DNA of 63,785 nt, the filler included, from Octopus bimaculoides (Eukaryota), in assembly GCF_001194135.2 (NCBI RefSeq). It is 4 parts of 4 records of this genome, joined end to end, with 100 filler letters (N's around TTAATTAATTAA, not from the genome) between each part and the next. Parts side by side here need not be neighbours in the genome. Positions count along the whole stretch, not along the records: positions 24,793 to 46,182 come from NC_068991.1; 3 more parts are not named here. One strand, 5' to 3'. The position numbers were made by a program, and so were the translations under genes. A model generated the notes under the pieces. It did no database searches. It had not been told where the DNA came from and was given only the letters and a program-made list of their open reading frames with translations. Each line of letters opens with the position of its first letter. Position 1 is the stretch's first letter. Positions 26,881-38,688 of this stretch are shown piece by piece.

Positions 26881-27289
26881 GACATAAACTGTGTTGTGCT
26901 GATTCTGCTTGAAAATTACAAAGTGTATACATACCTGCGGAATGCTTGGCCACTTTCATGCTAATTCAGAAGCAGGTGGTTCACATGATTGAATAAGTGA
27001 ATACTCATTGTCAAACAATGGAGATCCAATACCACTTAATTATCCCCTCCCATTCTGAAGTAACCTATGCCCCATATATTTGATAAAATATATGGGTTTT
27101 ACCTTATTAATTTACAAGTGGTTAACTTATTAAGTTAACAGCTTACCTGTAAGTGAAGAATGATAACTATCCACTTGTGAATAATGTTAGTTACTCAAAT
27201 TCTCAAACAGAATCAGCACAACACAGTTTATGTCAATTTTGTACTTTTTGAATACGATACAAGCCATTCAATGTGTGTCCTGGAATGGT

Positions 27290-27530
27290 CAAGTTGTCCA
27301 GTGCCAAGTTGACTGCACTGGCCACAGCATTCACTCCATTTTCCACCACACTGCTCCAAACACTTTTCTTAAATCATCTTCCCACCTGATTGGAGGTCTT
27401 TTGTGTGGTCTCTTCTGCATGCGCTGGTAACACTCGACAACTGCATGGATCCACCAATCGTCTGTGAACCTTGCGACATAACCAGCCCATTGTAGCTTTG
27501 CATGGTGGTATTCTGTCAATTTATTTCTAT
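27290..27530 (-). mobile_element. RTE LINE ORF 3' fragment
   Basis: KLQWAGYVARFTDDWWIHAVVECYQ..KRPHKRPPIRWEDDLRKVFGAVW matches the RTE C-terminal WAGH.AR...W...R.RGRP..RW.DD motif. Confidence 0.85.
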
Positions 27531-27559
27531 TTCTCAGTTGCAGGAATAAGTAAAGTAAC

Positions 27560-27910
27560 CTTGATCTTTTGCATGGCTGCTGCACATATTTAGATAGAAA
27601 GCAAAAAACCCTACTTGAATGGTATGGAGCAACTCTCCAATGTACTCCAACCTCTGGGTCACAAATATGCCATATCCTCCTATACAGAAATCTGCCAAAG
27701 TTAGCGAGATCAAGCAAAGACAGCTGTGACTATCTAGTCACTGCATGCGCCACCCTGAACTGGAAGCATGCAAATTAGTCTTCTGGAACCTACTTTATGG
27801 TGATGTAAGAAAACATCATCACACTTACATTGACAACTTGATCTCAGACACTGGCCTGGGATGTATGCAGGATCTTAAGGCAGTGATGTTGGATCATGAA
27901 GTGTGGCAGG
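27560..27910 (+). mobile_element. RTE-X-like LINE ORF 3' fragment
   Basis: LYRNLPK...IKQRQL*LSSHCMRHPELEACKLVFW...TYIDNLISDTGL...MLDHEVW. Confidence 0.75.
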
Positions 27911-28261
27911 TGGACTTTGCTGCTGCAGCCCAAGTTGGAACCCAGCCATAATACTAATAATAATGTTTCTTGAGTCTTTTTTAGCAGACAGAATCCACTC
28001 TGTTGCAAGCACAGAAGCTAGACATCCAGTTTGGGGATACCTTCCTCCCTGTGTCCCTACCACTAGTCTTGGAAGTCGTGACTAAATAAACAAAGAAATA
28101 ATTTTAAAACCGTGACTCATATCACCGATTCACAACATCAGCAGAGTTTCCTCAAAATATATTGTAACAGGCAAAAGTTTTGGTACCACACCTATGTAAC
28201 TATATATCATGATACACCTATATCATAACAGGATAGGGCAAATCTCAAAGAATTCACTTAC

Positions 28262-28352
28262 TTTATTGGACATTCGATTTTACCCTTTCGGTACAATTGT
28301 GAATGACATTTTAAAGGCTGGTCTTTTTGCCTTAGGCGTCTTCTTTCAGCAG
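28262..28352 (-). CDS. NOP53: NOP53 coding exon 3
   Basis: Acceptor TTTTTTACTTTCAG, donor AA|GTAAGT; 91 nt. Encodes (A)AERRRLRQKDQPLKCHSQLYRKGKIECPI(K); open frame with matching phases. Confidence 0.85.
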
Positions 28353-28850
28353 CTGAAAGTAAAAAATAAAATGAAATGATGCCGATATTAACAGATCGTT
28401 CCAAATTTCAACACAATGCAGACAAATTAAAGAAATTACTTGGTTTTCTAATTATGAGTTCATGTTTCAACTAATCTATTCTCTAGCTGTCTTAGAATAT
28501 ACAAGACAATTCCATTACTCTGTTTTCTGTCACAATACTCATGTTTTTCTATTCTATCTCTTTATCAACAGCCACCAAATATCTACCTATCACTGTTTTT
28601 CTCTTCCATTATTGTCTCCTCTGTCACACTCATTCTTCAGTTCTCTCCTTCCTTACCCTCTTTGTCATGCTGCCTTGAACAAGGATCTGGCAGTGCTGCT
28701 AAACTGGATGATGGAAGAAGTCTGTTAACAAAGGTTAGATACAGTCTCCTGACAACTTCCACACCTGTTTTACACAACATTAGGCTATAGAAAGGGCCAA
28801 GCTTGAAATTCTACATAAAGTGTGGGAAAAATAAATAAAATACAAGTTAC

Positions 28851-28930
28851 CTGTGATTCTTTTCTTTGATTTGCTAACATCTTTATCAACAAAAAAGAGA
28901 CTTTCATCAGCTTTTTGTGAAATAATTCCT
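28851..28930 (-). CDS. NOP53: NOP53 coding exon 2
   Basis: Acceptor TTTTACTTTTCAG, donor CAG|GTAACT; 80 nt. Encodes (G)GIISQKADESLFFVDKDVSKSKKRIT, matching the conserved LFFVD motif. Phase 2 in, phase 1 out. Confidence 0.93.
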
Positions 28931-31204
28931 CTGAAAAGTAAAATTTTAATGGATATCAGCAACAACAAACAACTGAAGATATTCTAACTACAAAATCTAA
29001 TCAAACATTTTTTAGCAATTAAAATTCCAAATAGAAAAAGTTTCATTAACTGACTTCTTACATAACTGTACAGATTTCTAAAATGAAGTTTCAAATTTCA
29101 GTTAATTGCCTAACATTATCCTAATTCTGAATAAGACAAAAACTGGTGAAATGTAGTATAATGCCAAACAATTGAATTTTTTATGAATAAAATGATTCTA
29201 GAAGCTTCTGTTTTATGAGTTAAAAATGATAGTAGCCAGTACTTCATGTTTACAATCAAATGGGAGTCAAATGCTTTTGTGTTATTCTTACCATTACAAA
29301 GAAACAAAAAACCAGCAAAGCTCAGAGTTCAATGCACTTTCATCTCACTTTTAATTGTGTAATACATTTGTTCAATAAATAAAACCTTCATCTTATTTTA
29401 GTGTCCTTTGTCTGAAATTTTTCATCACACATCCTGTGGGTTGGTGAGTCGTTGAAGAAGTCACAGCATGTGTGACAAAAAATTTCAGAGTAAATCTTCA
29501 TTAAAATTTATAAAATGTATAAAAAAAAGTTTTGATTCAAGTGTCAAATAGATGCTATAAAGTTATTTTCATTAGTAATTAGATTACCCTCTGACTGACT
29601 AATTATTGCTTTCTTAATCCACCTGACCCTAGTTATCATCATTGAATAATTCAATGTGTGTGTGATAGGTCATAGTGAGAACATATGATTGTCTCAGAAT
29701 TAAGAAATGTCAAAGAGAAAGAAACGATCACGAGGGATAAGTTAAACAAGTGTCATATATAAATCAATAAAAAAAAAGCTCAGAGGGATGGAACATAAGT
29801 AAATTATGTGTTTACTGAACTTACAGAAAACTCAGGTTTCACTTTCTAACTGTATAAAGTCAATGGGTTGATGTTGAAATCACAGATATTCATGAATAGC
29901 TGAGAGATGAAAAAAACACACCACTAACCAGTATAAAGCAGTTTAACTCTGCTAAAATAGAAATGCCTCAGACAGAGTGGACAAAGAAACTGGTATGTTC
30001 CCAACCTCCAAATATCCAGACTTCCTCACAGACAGAAANNNNNNNNNNTTTCACTTTCTAACTGTATAAAGTCAATGGGTTGATGTTGAAATCACAGATA
30101 TTCATGAATAGCTGAGAGATGAAAAAAACACACCACTAACCAGTATAAAGCAGTTTAACTCTGCTAAAATAGAAATGCCTCAGACAGAGTGGACAAAGAA
30201 ACTGGTATGTTCCCAACCTCCAAATATCCAGACTTCCTCACAGACAGAAATAATTCTAGCAACATATCAGTCTAACACCAATCTTAAAATATTGGTGTTA
30301 CAGGAGCATTATCCCAATGTATCACTACAATTAAGAAATCATTACAGTAAGTAAAACCATGTAAGTTTACATGTTGCTGATAACTGGATTTGTACAGTTG
30401 GTATGCAGCAACTACATACCAACAGCCTTGATGATAACTTTAATAAAAGTATTATCTTTTATCTTTTACTTGTTTCTGTCATTAGACTGCAGTCAGCTTC
30501 TATCAAAATGTCCAACCCATGCCAGCATGGAAGGAGGATGTTCAATGATGATGATGATGAGAATACCCAGAAATTTGCACTATCCATCCAGTTGTTGAAA
30601 TCTTTAAACAATTTACAGTTTCTTTCATTAAACACAACATTGGTAATTCAACAACATGAAACAAGGCATAACAAAATGCTTTGAAATCCTTTTATTGAGA
30701 TTGTTTGATAAGAAAATTGTTTCTTGACAGTATCATCATTTTGTATTTGCTTTCCATGCTGGAATGTGTTGAAGAGGTCGTCAGTCTAAGTCAATTCTTA
30801 TTCAGAATTATTGCCATATCTAGAGATGTCAGAAGACTAAATCTCACAAATGTCCTACTCTAGGATGGTTTCTGTGATAGGATGCTGTTCCTGATATCAA
30901 CAACTTCAGAGAGTGTACTGTGTGCAGGAACATTTTATTGTGGGACACCAACATCAGAAATATCAGGTCCACGGAAAGACCAAAAGTTTCTCTGGACTCA
31001 TTCAATCACAAACTACTTTACAGAGTGTACTGGATACCTTTTATACATTGACGGTTATTCAGAAGCAACAGAAACCCACGTAACCATGGAATAAAAACTT
31101 CCACTATCACCATTTGTTTCCAGAAAGCTGGATTTACAGCTGTAGATAAATCAATCCCTTGTTGTTGATGATATGATGACCCTCCTGACATGAGGATGAT
31201 CTAC

Positions 31205-31420
31205 AGCAGTGGTTCTCAAATAGGGTCCATATAAGATTTTAGGGTGTCCATGCATGCCAGATAGTAAAGGATCCATGAAAAAATTTTGATCTAGATGTAT
31301 TTATTGGAAGAAACAACTAGGTTACTTTCTCCAATGTAAAGAACTTGTAGCCACAAATCTTAGAATCATCAAATGGCTATGGGGATCCATTAGAAAAAAG
31401 TAATCAAAGAGGTAAAGAAC
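31205..31420 (+). mobile_element. hAT-like MITE fragment
   Basis: CAGTGGTTCTCAA terminus (Charlie-type); right end not recognisable. Confidence 0.3.
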
Positions 31421-31533
31421 TTGTAGCCACAGATCTTAGAATCATTAGGTCAGTGATAAAAGTATTAGACAAGAACTGCTAACATTTTGACATGGACTGC
31501 ACCCCATTTCAGTTATTTCTTTTGGGTTTTTTT

Positions 31534-31909
31534 CTACAGAAACCCACTTTTTCGACTGCAGAGATTCTGAATCTGCAAAAAAGAAAAATAAGTGGGTAGG
31601 GGGAAATTAAAATTTAGCTGTTGTTTCTAGCATATCGAGTTTTCTGTTTAGATATTTTCTACGTCTGCTATTTTAGTAGGAGGGGAGGGGTATTTATTTA
31701 TTAATTTTTTTGAAAAACTGAAAGTTTACAAATTTTTTTTTCCCAGAATCATAATCTCCGTATTTTTCTACGTATTTCGCCACAAAAAAATTTCTAAAAA
31801 AAAAGTGAAAAATTAATGGGTGGGGATAAAAATTTTGAATGGCCGATTTTTAAATTTTTTTTTTTTGCAGATTCGGAATCTCCACAGTCGAAAAGGTGGG
31901 TTTCTGTAG
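31534..31909. mobile_element. MITE-like inverted repeat in NOP53 intron 1
   Basis: CTACAGAAACCCACTTTTTCGACTGCAGAGATTCTGAATCTGCAAAA pairs with TTTTGCAGATTCGGAATCTCCACAGTCGAAAAGGTGGGTTTCTGTAG; flanked by T- and A-runs. Confidence 0.8.
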
Positions 31910-32288
31910 AAAAAAAAAAATAATAAATGGTTAACAACAAATAACAATTAGGGTACAAAAGGAAGTCTTGCCATTTATTATGTCCAAACATGACTTGATT
32001 TCCTGCAAGAGGAATAATATGGCTTAATTATCGCGTATCGAGAGCATGCGATCATACGTGTGTGCATAAATATATATATATATTCGTTATTAATCAATAA
32101 TTCTTGTTGTATTTAATAAAATCCTGCTTTGTTTGAATGGATGTTATTAGTCGTTGACTAACAAACTGGATTTTGACTTGCCATTTAGCTGGACCATGAC
32201 AAACACGTGCCACTGAGAATACACACAACACATGATGTAAAAAAGAAAAAAATCAACAACCATTCTATCGTACACAAAAAAAACTTAC

Positions 32289-32431
32289 CCAGTTCGTTCT
32301 TGATGTCTTACATCTTCCAAGTATTCTTCTACGTCTTTGATATCAGTTTTCCTCCAAGATTTCTTTTTATTTTTACCCTGGTGTAAACGCGCTTTCTTCT
32401 CTGAAGCTGCATCCATAATGATGGTCGCCAT
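32289..32431 (-). CDS. NOP53: NOP53 ribosome biogenesis factor, coding exon 1
   Basis: Manual translation MATIIMDAASEKKARLHQGKNKKKSWRKTDIKDVEEYLEDVRHQERT(GG) resembles the NOP53 N-terminal motif (human RGPRNKKRGWRR...EVDQFLEDVRLQERTSGG, from memory). ATG at 32431; donor GG|GTAAGT, phase 2. Confidence 0.93.
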
Positions 32432-32480
32432 TAAAAGGCTGATTAGACTTACCTCCCCTCGCTTCTTCCGGTTCTAAAAA
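32432..32480 (-). promoter_or_regulatory. NOP53 proximal promoter/5' UTR with ETS-type motif
   Basis: CCGGAAG (plus-strand CTTCCGG 32465-32471) about 35 nt upstream of the ATG; TAATGGCG start context resembles a YY1 site. Typical of housekeeping promoters (inference). Confidence 0.5.
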
Positions 32481-33319
32481 TCAGGAAAACAATTCAAACA
32501 TCCTCTGATTTAAGTTTGATTTAATTTGAAACGTGCTGCTTCGTAAGTTCCTTTTCATTCCTCCAATATCAAATGTTTTATTAGTTCAGTAGCTATTTGG
32601 AGATTAACAACTAAATACATGCAAAGCTGCGGGGAAAATTTTTATTTTTTCGGTAATTTACCAAAACAAAACAGATCGTAAGCTACGGCGTAATATGTGT
32701 GTGCGCGCGCGCGCGTGCGTGTGTGTGTGTTGGTATTTGTCTCCTTGACAACTGCTAATGTATTAGGGACGTAAACAAACTAGCACCAGTTGTCAAACAG
32801 TGTGAGACAAATATCAACAAACGTATACGCGCACGCACACATATATAACTTACTTGTTTCAAACATTAGATTGTGGGTATTATTTGATTCTTCCACTTCA
32901 CCCCATCCCGTTTTCCGGACCCCAAAATGGGTTTTGTAGCATATTAGGAGGTCACTGGAATTCATTCAATGAAACAAACAAAAAAATTTGCAATGATTCC
33001 GGGATAGCGGGGAGGGTCCATTCCCCTTCCCTTTTTTCTGAACAAAGATACGGAGTTTCCAGCATAGGAGGTCAGTGTACTTGATTCCATGCAAAAAATC
33101 TGAGTTTTTTTGTTTTTTTTGTCTTAGTGAAAATCGTGTGGGTGAAAGGATTAAAATTTACCAGATTGTAGCCATGCTGGGGCACCACTTTGAAGTATTT
33201 TAGTCAGACAAATTGACCCTGATACTTATTTTTTAAAGCCTGGTACCTATTCCAACACTATCTTTCGTCAAAGCACTAGCACCGATTGTCAAGGTGTAGC
33301 ACACACACACATATATATG

Positions 33320-33483
33320 TAGGCAGGTCTGGGCTGGTGGTAAGAAGTTTGCCTCCCAACCACCTGGTTCCAGGTTTAGTCCCACTGTATAACACTTTGA
33401 GCAAGTCTCTTCAGATATAGCCTTGTCAGTGGATTTAGTACACCGAAATTGAAAGAAGCCCATTGTATATGTATGTATGTATG

Positions 33484-33536
<53 letters not shown>

Positions 33537-34400
33537 NNNNNNNNNNNNNNNNNNNNNNNNNNNNNNNNNNNNNNNNNNNNNNNNNNNNNNNNNNNNNNNN
33601 NNNNNNNNNNNNNNNNNNNNNNNNNNNNNNNNNNNNNNNNNNNNNNNNNNNNNNNNNNNNNNNNNNNNNNNNNNNNNNNNNNNNNNNNNNNNNNNNNNNN
33701 NNNNNNNNNNNNNNNNNNNNNNNNNNNNNNNNNNNNNNNNNNNNNNNNNNNNNNNNNNNNNNNNNNNNNNNNNNNNNNNNNNNNNNNNNNNNNNNNNNNN
33801 NNNNNNNNNNNNNNNNNNNNNNNNNNNNNNNNNNNNNNNNNNNNNNNNNNNNNNNNNNNNNNNNNNNNNNNNNNNNNNNNNNNNNNNNNNNNNNNNNNNN
33901 NNNNNNNNNNNNNNNNNNNNNNNNNNNNNNNNNNNNNNNNNNNNNNNNNNNNNNNNNNNNNNNNNNNNNNNNNNNNNNNNNNNNNNNNNNNNNNNNNNNN
34001 NNNNNNNNNNNNNNNNNNNNNNNNNNNNNNNNNNNNNNNNNNNNNNNNNNNNNNNNNNNNNNNNNNNNNNNNNNNNNNNNNNNNNNNNNNNNNNNNNNNN
34101 NNNNNNNNNNNNNNNNNNNNNNNNNNNNNNNNNNNNNNNNNNNNNNNNNNNNNNNNNNNNNNNNNNNNNNNNNNNNNNNNNNNGTGTGTTTATGTGTCTT
34201 TCTACCTGTGTTTGTCCACCCACGACCGCTTGCAACTGGTGTTGGTATGTTTGCAGCCCCATAATCTTGCAGTTCGGCAAAAGGGCTGATAGAATAAGTA
34301 TCAGGCTTAAAAAAGAAGTACTGGGGTTGATTCATCTGACTAAAAATTCAAGGCGCTGCTCTAGCATAACTGCAGTCTAATAACTGAAACAAGTAAAAAA
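33320..34400 (+). mobile_element. SINE family 2 spanning an N gap at its internal (AT)n
   Basis: Head 33320-33465 and 3' body 34185-34400. Confidence 0.8.
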
Positions 34401-34929
34401 TAAATATATATATATATATATATATATATCAGAAAATATAATTGCCAACTAAATGTGGTGGTCCCATATATATTAAAATGAAGTAGTTTTTGTGAAGCAT
34501 ATATAAGTCTGTTTATATGAAACCTTTTTGAATGCACTCATTAAAGCTCCTATGCTGTTTATTCTGGCTACCACTTATTGTTCTCATCTTCCAGAGTAAT
34601 TTTATGGGAAGGTTATTCATCCAGTGCCACTGTAGCATAGGATGAATATGGTAATAACAAGAACTTTCGGGTGGAACTTCATAAATCCTTTAATGTATTG
34701 CTACATGTTTCCACAAACTCCAAGCTTTAGTTGTTGTATTCCCCATCGATAGGATGTTACAAATATGATTTGCAAAATCCATGGATTTTGAAGACAATAC
34801 TAATACATGTGTTTGTTTCCTCAGCCAAAAATTGCATTAGTGTTCTGGCTGTAGTGAATGTTTAGCTAAGGGATATTTACCGATTTACACCACTCAGAAG
34901 GATCTGTAGGATCTATGGGCAGTTCCTGT

Positions 34930-35250
34930 GGTGCTGGTGGCACATGAAAAGTCATTCGAGCGAGATTGTAGCCAGTGCCGCTGGACTGGCTCCTGTGCAG
35001 GTGGCATGTAAAATACACCATTTTGAGCGTGGCTGTTGCCAGTACTGCCTGACTGGCCTTCATGCCGGTGGCACGTAAAAGCACCCACTACACTCTCGGA
35101 GTGGTTGGCTTTAGGAAGGGCATCTAGCTGTAGAAACGCTGCCAAATCAGATTGGATCCTGGTGTAGCCATCTGGTTCACCATTCCTCAGTCAAATCGTC
35201 CAACCCATGCTAGCATGGAGAGCGGACGTTAAACGATGACGATGATGATC
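34930..35250 (+). mobile_element. (GAT)n-tailed RTE 3' UTR-type repeat
   Basis: AAAAGCACCC...AGGAAGGGCATC...CCATGCTAGCATGGAGAGCGGACGTTAAACGATGACGATGATG. Confidence 0.75.
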
Positions 35251-35879
35251 ATACATACAGATATACCTGGAGAATTTTAAACATATAGATATACATAAAC
35301 AGTATGGGAGGGTGGGTGTATATAGTGCTTTACTTGGTACTTAAATTTGTGCAAGTGGGCATGTGGATAGGAAGAGGAAAAGAGAGAGTAGACTTCAATA
35401 ATATAAGCAAAGTAAAAGAGAATAGTCATGAACTTGTTTCTTTTGAATTCAGTGTATATGTGCTGTGAGTGTGGAGTGTTGGACATTTGATTTAACTCGG
35501 ATGCCAGAATGATTTTACAAGCTCTAAGGGAGCAAATTTTTGTTTAGAGGTTATCAGTTTGTGATTTCTGCTCTGGCGCCAGTAAGGTAGAGAATGAGAT
35601 GAGCTGGTATCATTAAGCATTTTATATGTGCCCCTGCTGTTCTGTTAATTTTCTTGCTTGAGTGGGCATGGTATTTACTAGTGAAGGTAGCACATGTTTG
35701 TTTATGATATTTCTGTATAGTCATTCTATACATCTAGTATTGTCTTCCTTGCATGTTCAATAATATAATAATAAACAGCACTTACTGTATTTTCCCATGG
35801 TTTATGTTGGAGTCCTTGATATTTATGCTCCGCTATGTAAAATTTCCTTACAATAAATCCTCTGTTGTATACAAGGTCT

Positions 35880-37290
35880 TTTTCGTTTTCTGTTTACTTC
35901 ATTTGGGAGGTCCTTCTACTGTTTGGTTTGATGCTAATGATGGTTGGTGTTTGTCTGTTTTATAATACTTTGTTCCAGTCTCAAGAAGGCTTTTTAAAAT
36001 TTTATGCTTATAAGATACAACCACCTTGGAATGTCTATTACATTTTTCCTTGGAGATAATAATTTCCAGTGTTTCCTCCAGACATGGGTTGCAGACCTGT
36101 GATGTTTCATCATATAATTTAGCATTTTTTAATATAGACAACTTTGTTGTGTGTTTCACCCCATTCCATTTAAGTCTCCAGATGAGATTAGCTAAGGATG
36201 TGTAGTGACTTTTATTTACATCTGCAAATGACATAAGATGGTTTCTAAGACGGCTTTTCATTGTCAGATGTTGCATCAATGTACACATTTTTGTGGATCT
36301 GCCTTCACTTCCACATTTATAAATCATACTTCTTTTCAAACAGTTGTTTCCAAATTTACATTTGTTTCTCCATCTGCAATTACATGCTGTCATGTTGCTG
36401 CTGGTTTTGTTCTTTTCATGTTCCACATCACCACTTAAGTTGTGCATATTGGTGTTTACCTGTATGTTTTGCTTGCTATTAGAGCTATTATTGCTGTTTA
36501 TTTTACAACATTCTTCTACTATTATGGTCTTATTTATCTCGGGTTTAGACATTGCTGCTAATAACGTACTATTATTTGAACCCAAGTCTGTTTTTATAGA
36601 GTATTTACTCTCCACCTTCTTATGCATTTTCTCACTGCTTATTCTATTCAGATCTACCATTTTTCTGTTCCCTCAGTCAAGTTTTATTTTATAAGTTTCT
36701 GTAATTTATGTATGTCATATTCTAGGTTATGAAATGTCATGTTTGCTAATTGTGCCTTATGCCTGTTGAGAATTTTGTAATATTTGCCCGATTTAGGGAA
36801 ATACCTGTCCAGTGTAGAGAAGAATTCCTGTCTTATCCTTGATTGTACTTGTAATCCAAAGATTGAGTTAAACCAGATAATTCCATCACTTAATATTTTT
36901 CCATTTCTTTTAAAGTATCTATTTGATATGTTATTATATGTTATTTCTGCTTCTATTTTATGGCTGTTCTTTCTAGCTGCGTTTATCCATCCCTTCCCTT
37001 GTACCCCCCATCCCACTTTATGCATCTTGTTTGATTCCTACTTTCCTTAGTGCTATCTTTGCATTTTCCTATTTGAGTCCCTATCTCATTCATTGTCTTT
37101 TGGAGGTTCTTTGCACCTGGATTCTCAATATGTTCTCCTATATTTTTTTAAACTCAGGTGGAATATTGATGTAGTGCTAGCCAGCGGTGAGTCAATATTC
37201 AGTTTGTTACTTGAATATCCTTTTTTCATCAGTGGATAGTCTGGGTATTCTGTTAAACATACTTTTCAGGATACTTCTCAGCTCATGATT
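35880..37290 (-). mobile_element. Penelope-like element 3' half (RT thumb, linker, GIY-YIG)
   Basis: IIWFNSIF...LDRYFPKSGKYYKILNRH; CNCRWRNKCKFGNNCLKRSMIYKC; RLRNHLMSF; TSLANLIWRLK; CNPCLEETLEI. Confidence 0.85.
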
Positions 37291-37301
37291 GGATCCCCTA
37301 T

Positions 37302-37560
37302 TTACGAGGTGGTATCAAAAGTTCCTGGACTAGTTCTGTACCATGCCAACAGATGGTAGCACATGGTTGTGTGCACAGTGAGAGCTAGCAATGACCTTAA
37401 TGAGGCAGTGTTGAGTGACACCACTGTGTTTATTTCACAGGTTATGAAATCTGTGTTTTTGTGATCACATGCCTGCTGTAAAATTTTTAACTGTCGCTCA
37501 ATAGAAATATCATACAGCTGCTGCCCCAATATGAAGACATTATAACTTGCAAAAATCACC
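37302..37560 (+). mobile_element. Mariner-like left end fragment
   Basis: TA-CGAGGTGGTATCAAAAGTTCCTGGACT resembles mariner TIRs; no right TIR seen. Confidence 0.4.
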
Positions 37561-37599
37561 AAAACACCACTCCCAGTTGCAACTATCAAGCTTACCCAC

Positions 37600-38260
37600 T
37601 TGACCAGGCATGTATGATAAACTCAATCATATATGAGGCTGAGGTTACAGTTACACTTCAAGACAAATTAATTGAAAAGAAAAATTACATTGAGTTATGT
37701 GAGGGCAAATTCAAGAGATGTTATGCAAATCACTTATCTTCTTCCCAGCATATCGATAAAAGTAATGCTAGCTACGTATGGAATTTGAAGTTGGCTAGCT
37801 ACATATGGAATTTGAAGAGCAGCTCCACACCACATACAATTCTATGGAAATAATAGAGAAATTCATGCTATATGTTAATGGATTTAAGAAATGCAACTTA
37901 TGTATTACAGAAATATCTCATATTCTTCTCAGATCCAGCGATTTTAACACACTGCTTAATTCGAGATCTGACATTTTTAGCAAGTATAGACACATGGATA
38001 GGTGTCTTTTATTGAAGTGGAGGGCACCACCTGCTCCAGATTGAGTTGATGTCTCATAGACTTTGACATATTTTCTGTTAATTTCTTCTAAATTAGTTGT
38101 ATTTAAAGAGCTTTCTGCATTCAGGGAGGATGAAGATCTTAGTTTTCTTGATCTCATTTCTTTTTTCTTTCCTTTTCTGTACCAACCTTTTTCACATTTT
38201 TTTCTTATTCTTTACTGTCCAGCATCCTTGTTTTTAAAATATATATTTAACACATAAACA
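37600..38260 (+). mobile_element. Penelope-like GIY-YIG fragment plus 3' UTR
   Basis: SIIYEAEV...NYIELCEGKFKRCYANH...LASYIWNLK...KKCNLCITEISHIL...LLNSRSDIFSKYRH. Confidence 0.85.
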
Positions 38261-38446
38261 GAACCTGTAAGATATTTGATGTATTTTATAAATATGCTTG
38301 TTCAAGTATCATAAAAGCATGAAACTATTAGTTGTCTTCTTTTTCAGTTATATGTTTAAATTGATATTTATCTCTCGCAGGATGGAGTACGTTTTTGTTG
38401 ATTCTACCTCTGTTGGATCTATAAACTACATGTATTTGTGTGTGTG

Positions 38447-38500
<54 letters not shown>

Positions 38501-38517
38501 ATATAAATAATATATAT

Positions 38518-38548
<31 letters not shown>

Positions 38549-38649
38549 AGTTCAAAAAAGGAAAAAGACAAAAAAACAACACCAAAAAACAACAACGTGA
38601 GGACATGATACAGATTGTGTTACTAGATGCTCGGGAAAGGAAAGAAAGA

Positions 38650-38688
38650 GAATATGATGTTTCGAGCGGAGCTCTTCGTCGGAAACAA
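38650..38688 (-). ncRNA. Degenerate hammerhead-like motif (family E)
   Basis: CCGACGA-A-GAGC-UCC-GCUC-GAAA-CAUC; stem II clear, core has U-to-C and stem I is not evident. Confidence 0.35.

Noticed and set aside
29322-29428. Possible intronic C/D snoRNA (GTGATGA...CTGA, 107 nt, minus), prompted by SNORD23 lying in human NOP53
   Set aside because: No terminal stem, AT-rich interior and no recognisable rRNA-antisense guide; such box pairs arise by chance. snoscan/Infernal would settle it.
29828-30260. ~210-bp direct tandem duplication in NOP53 intron 1
   Set aside because: Identical copies flank a 10-N gap; typical unmerged contig-overlap artefact.
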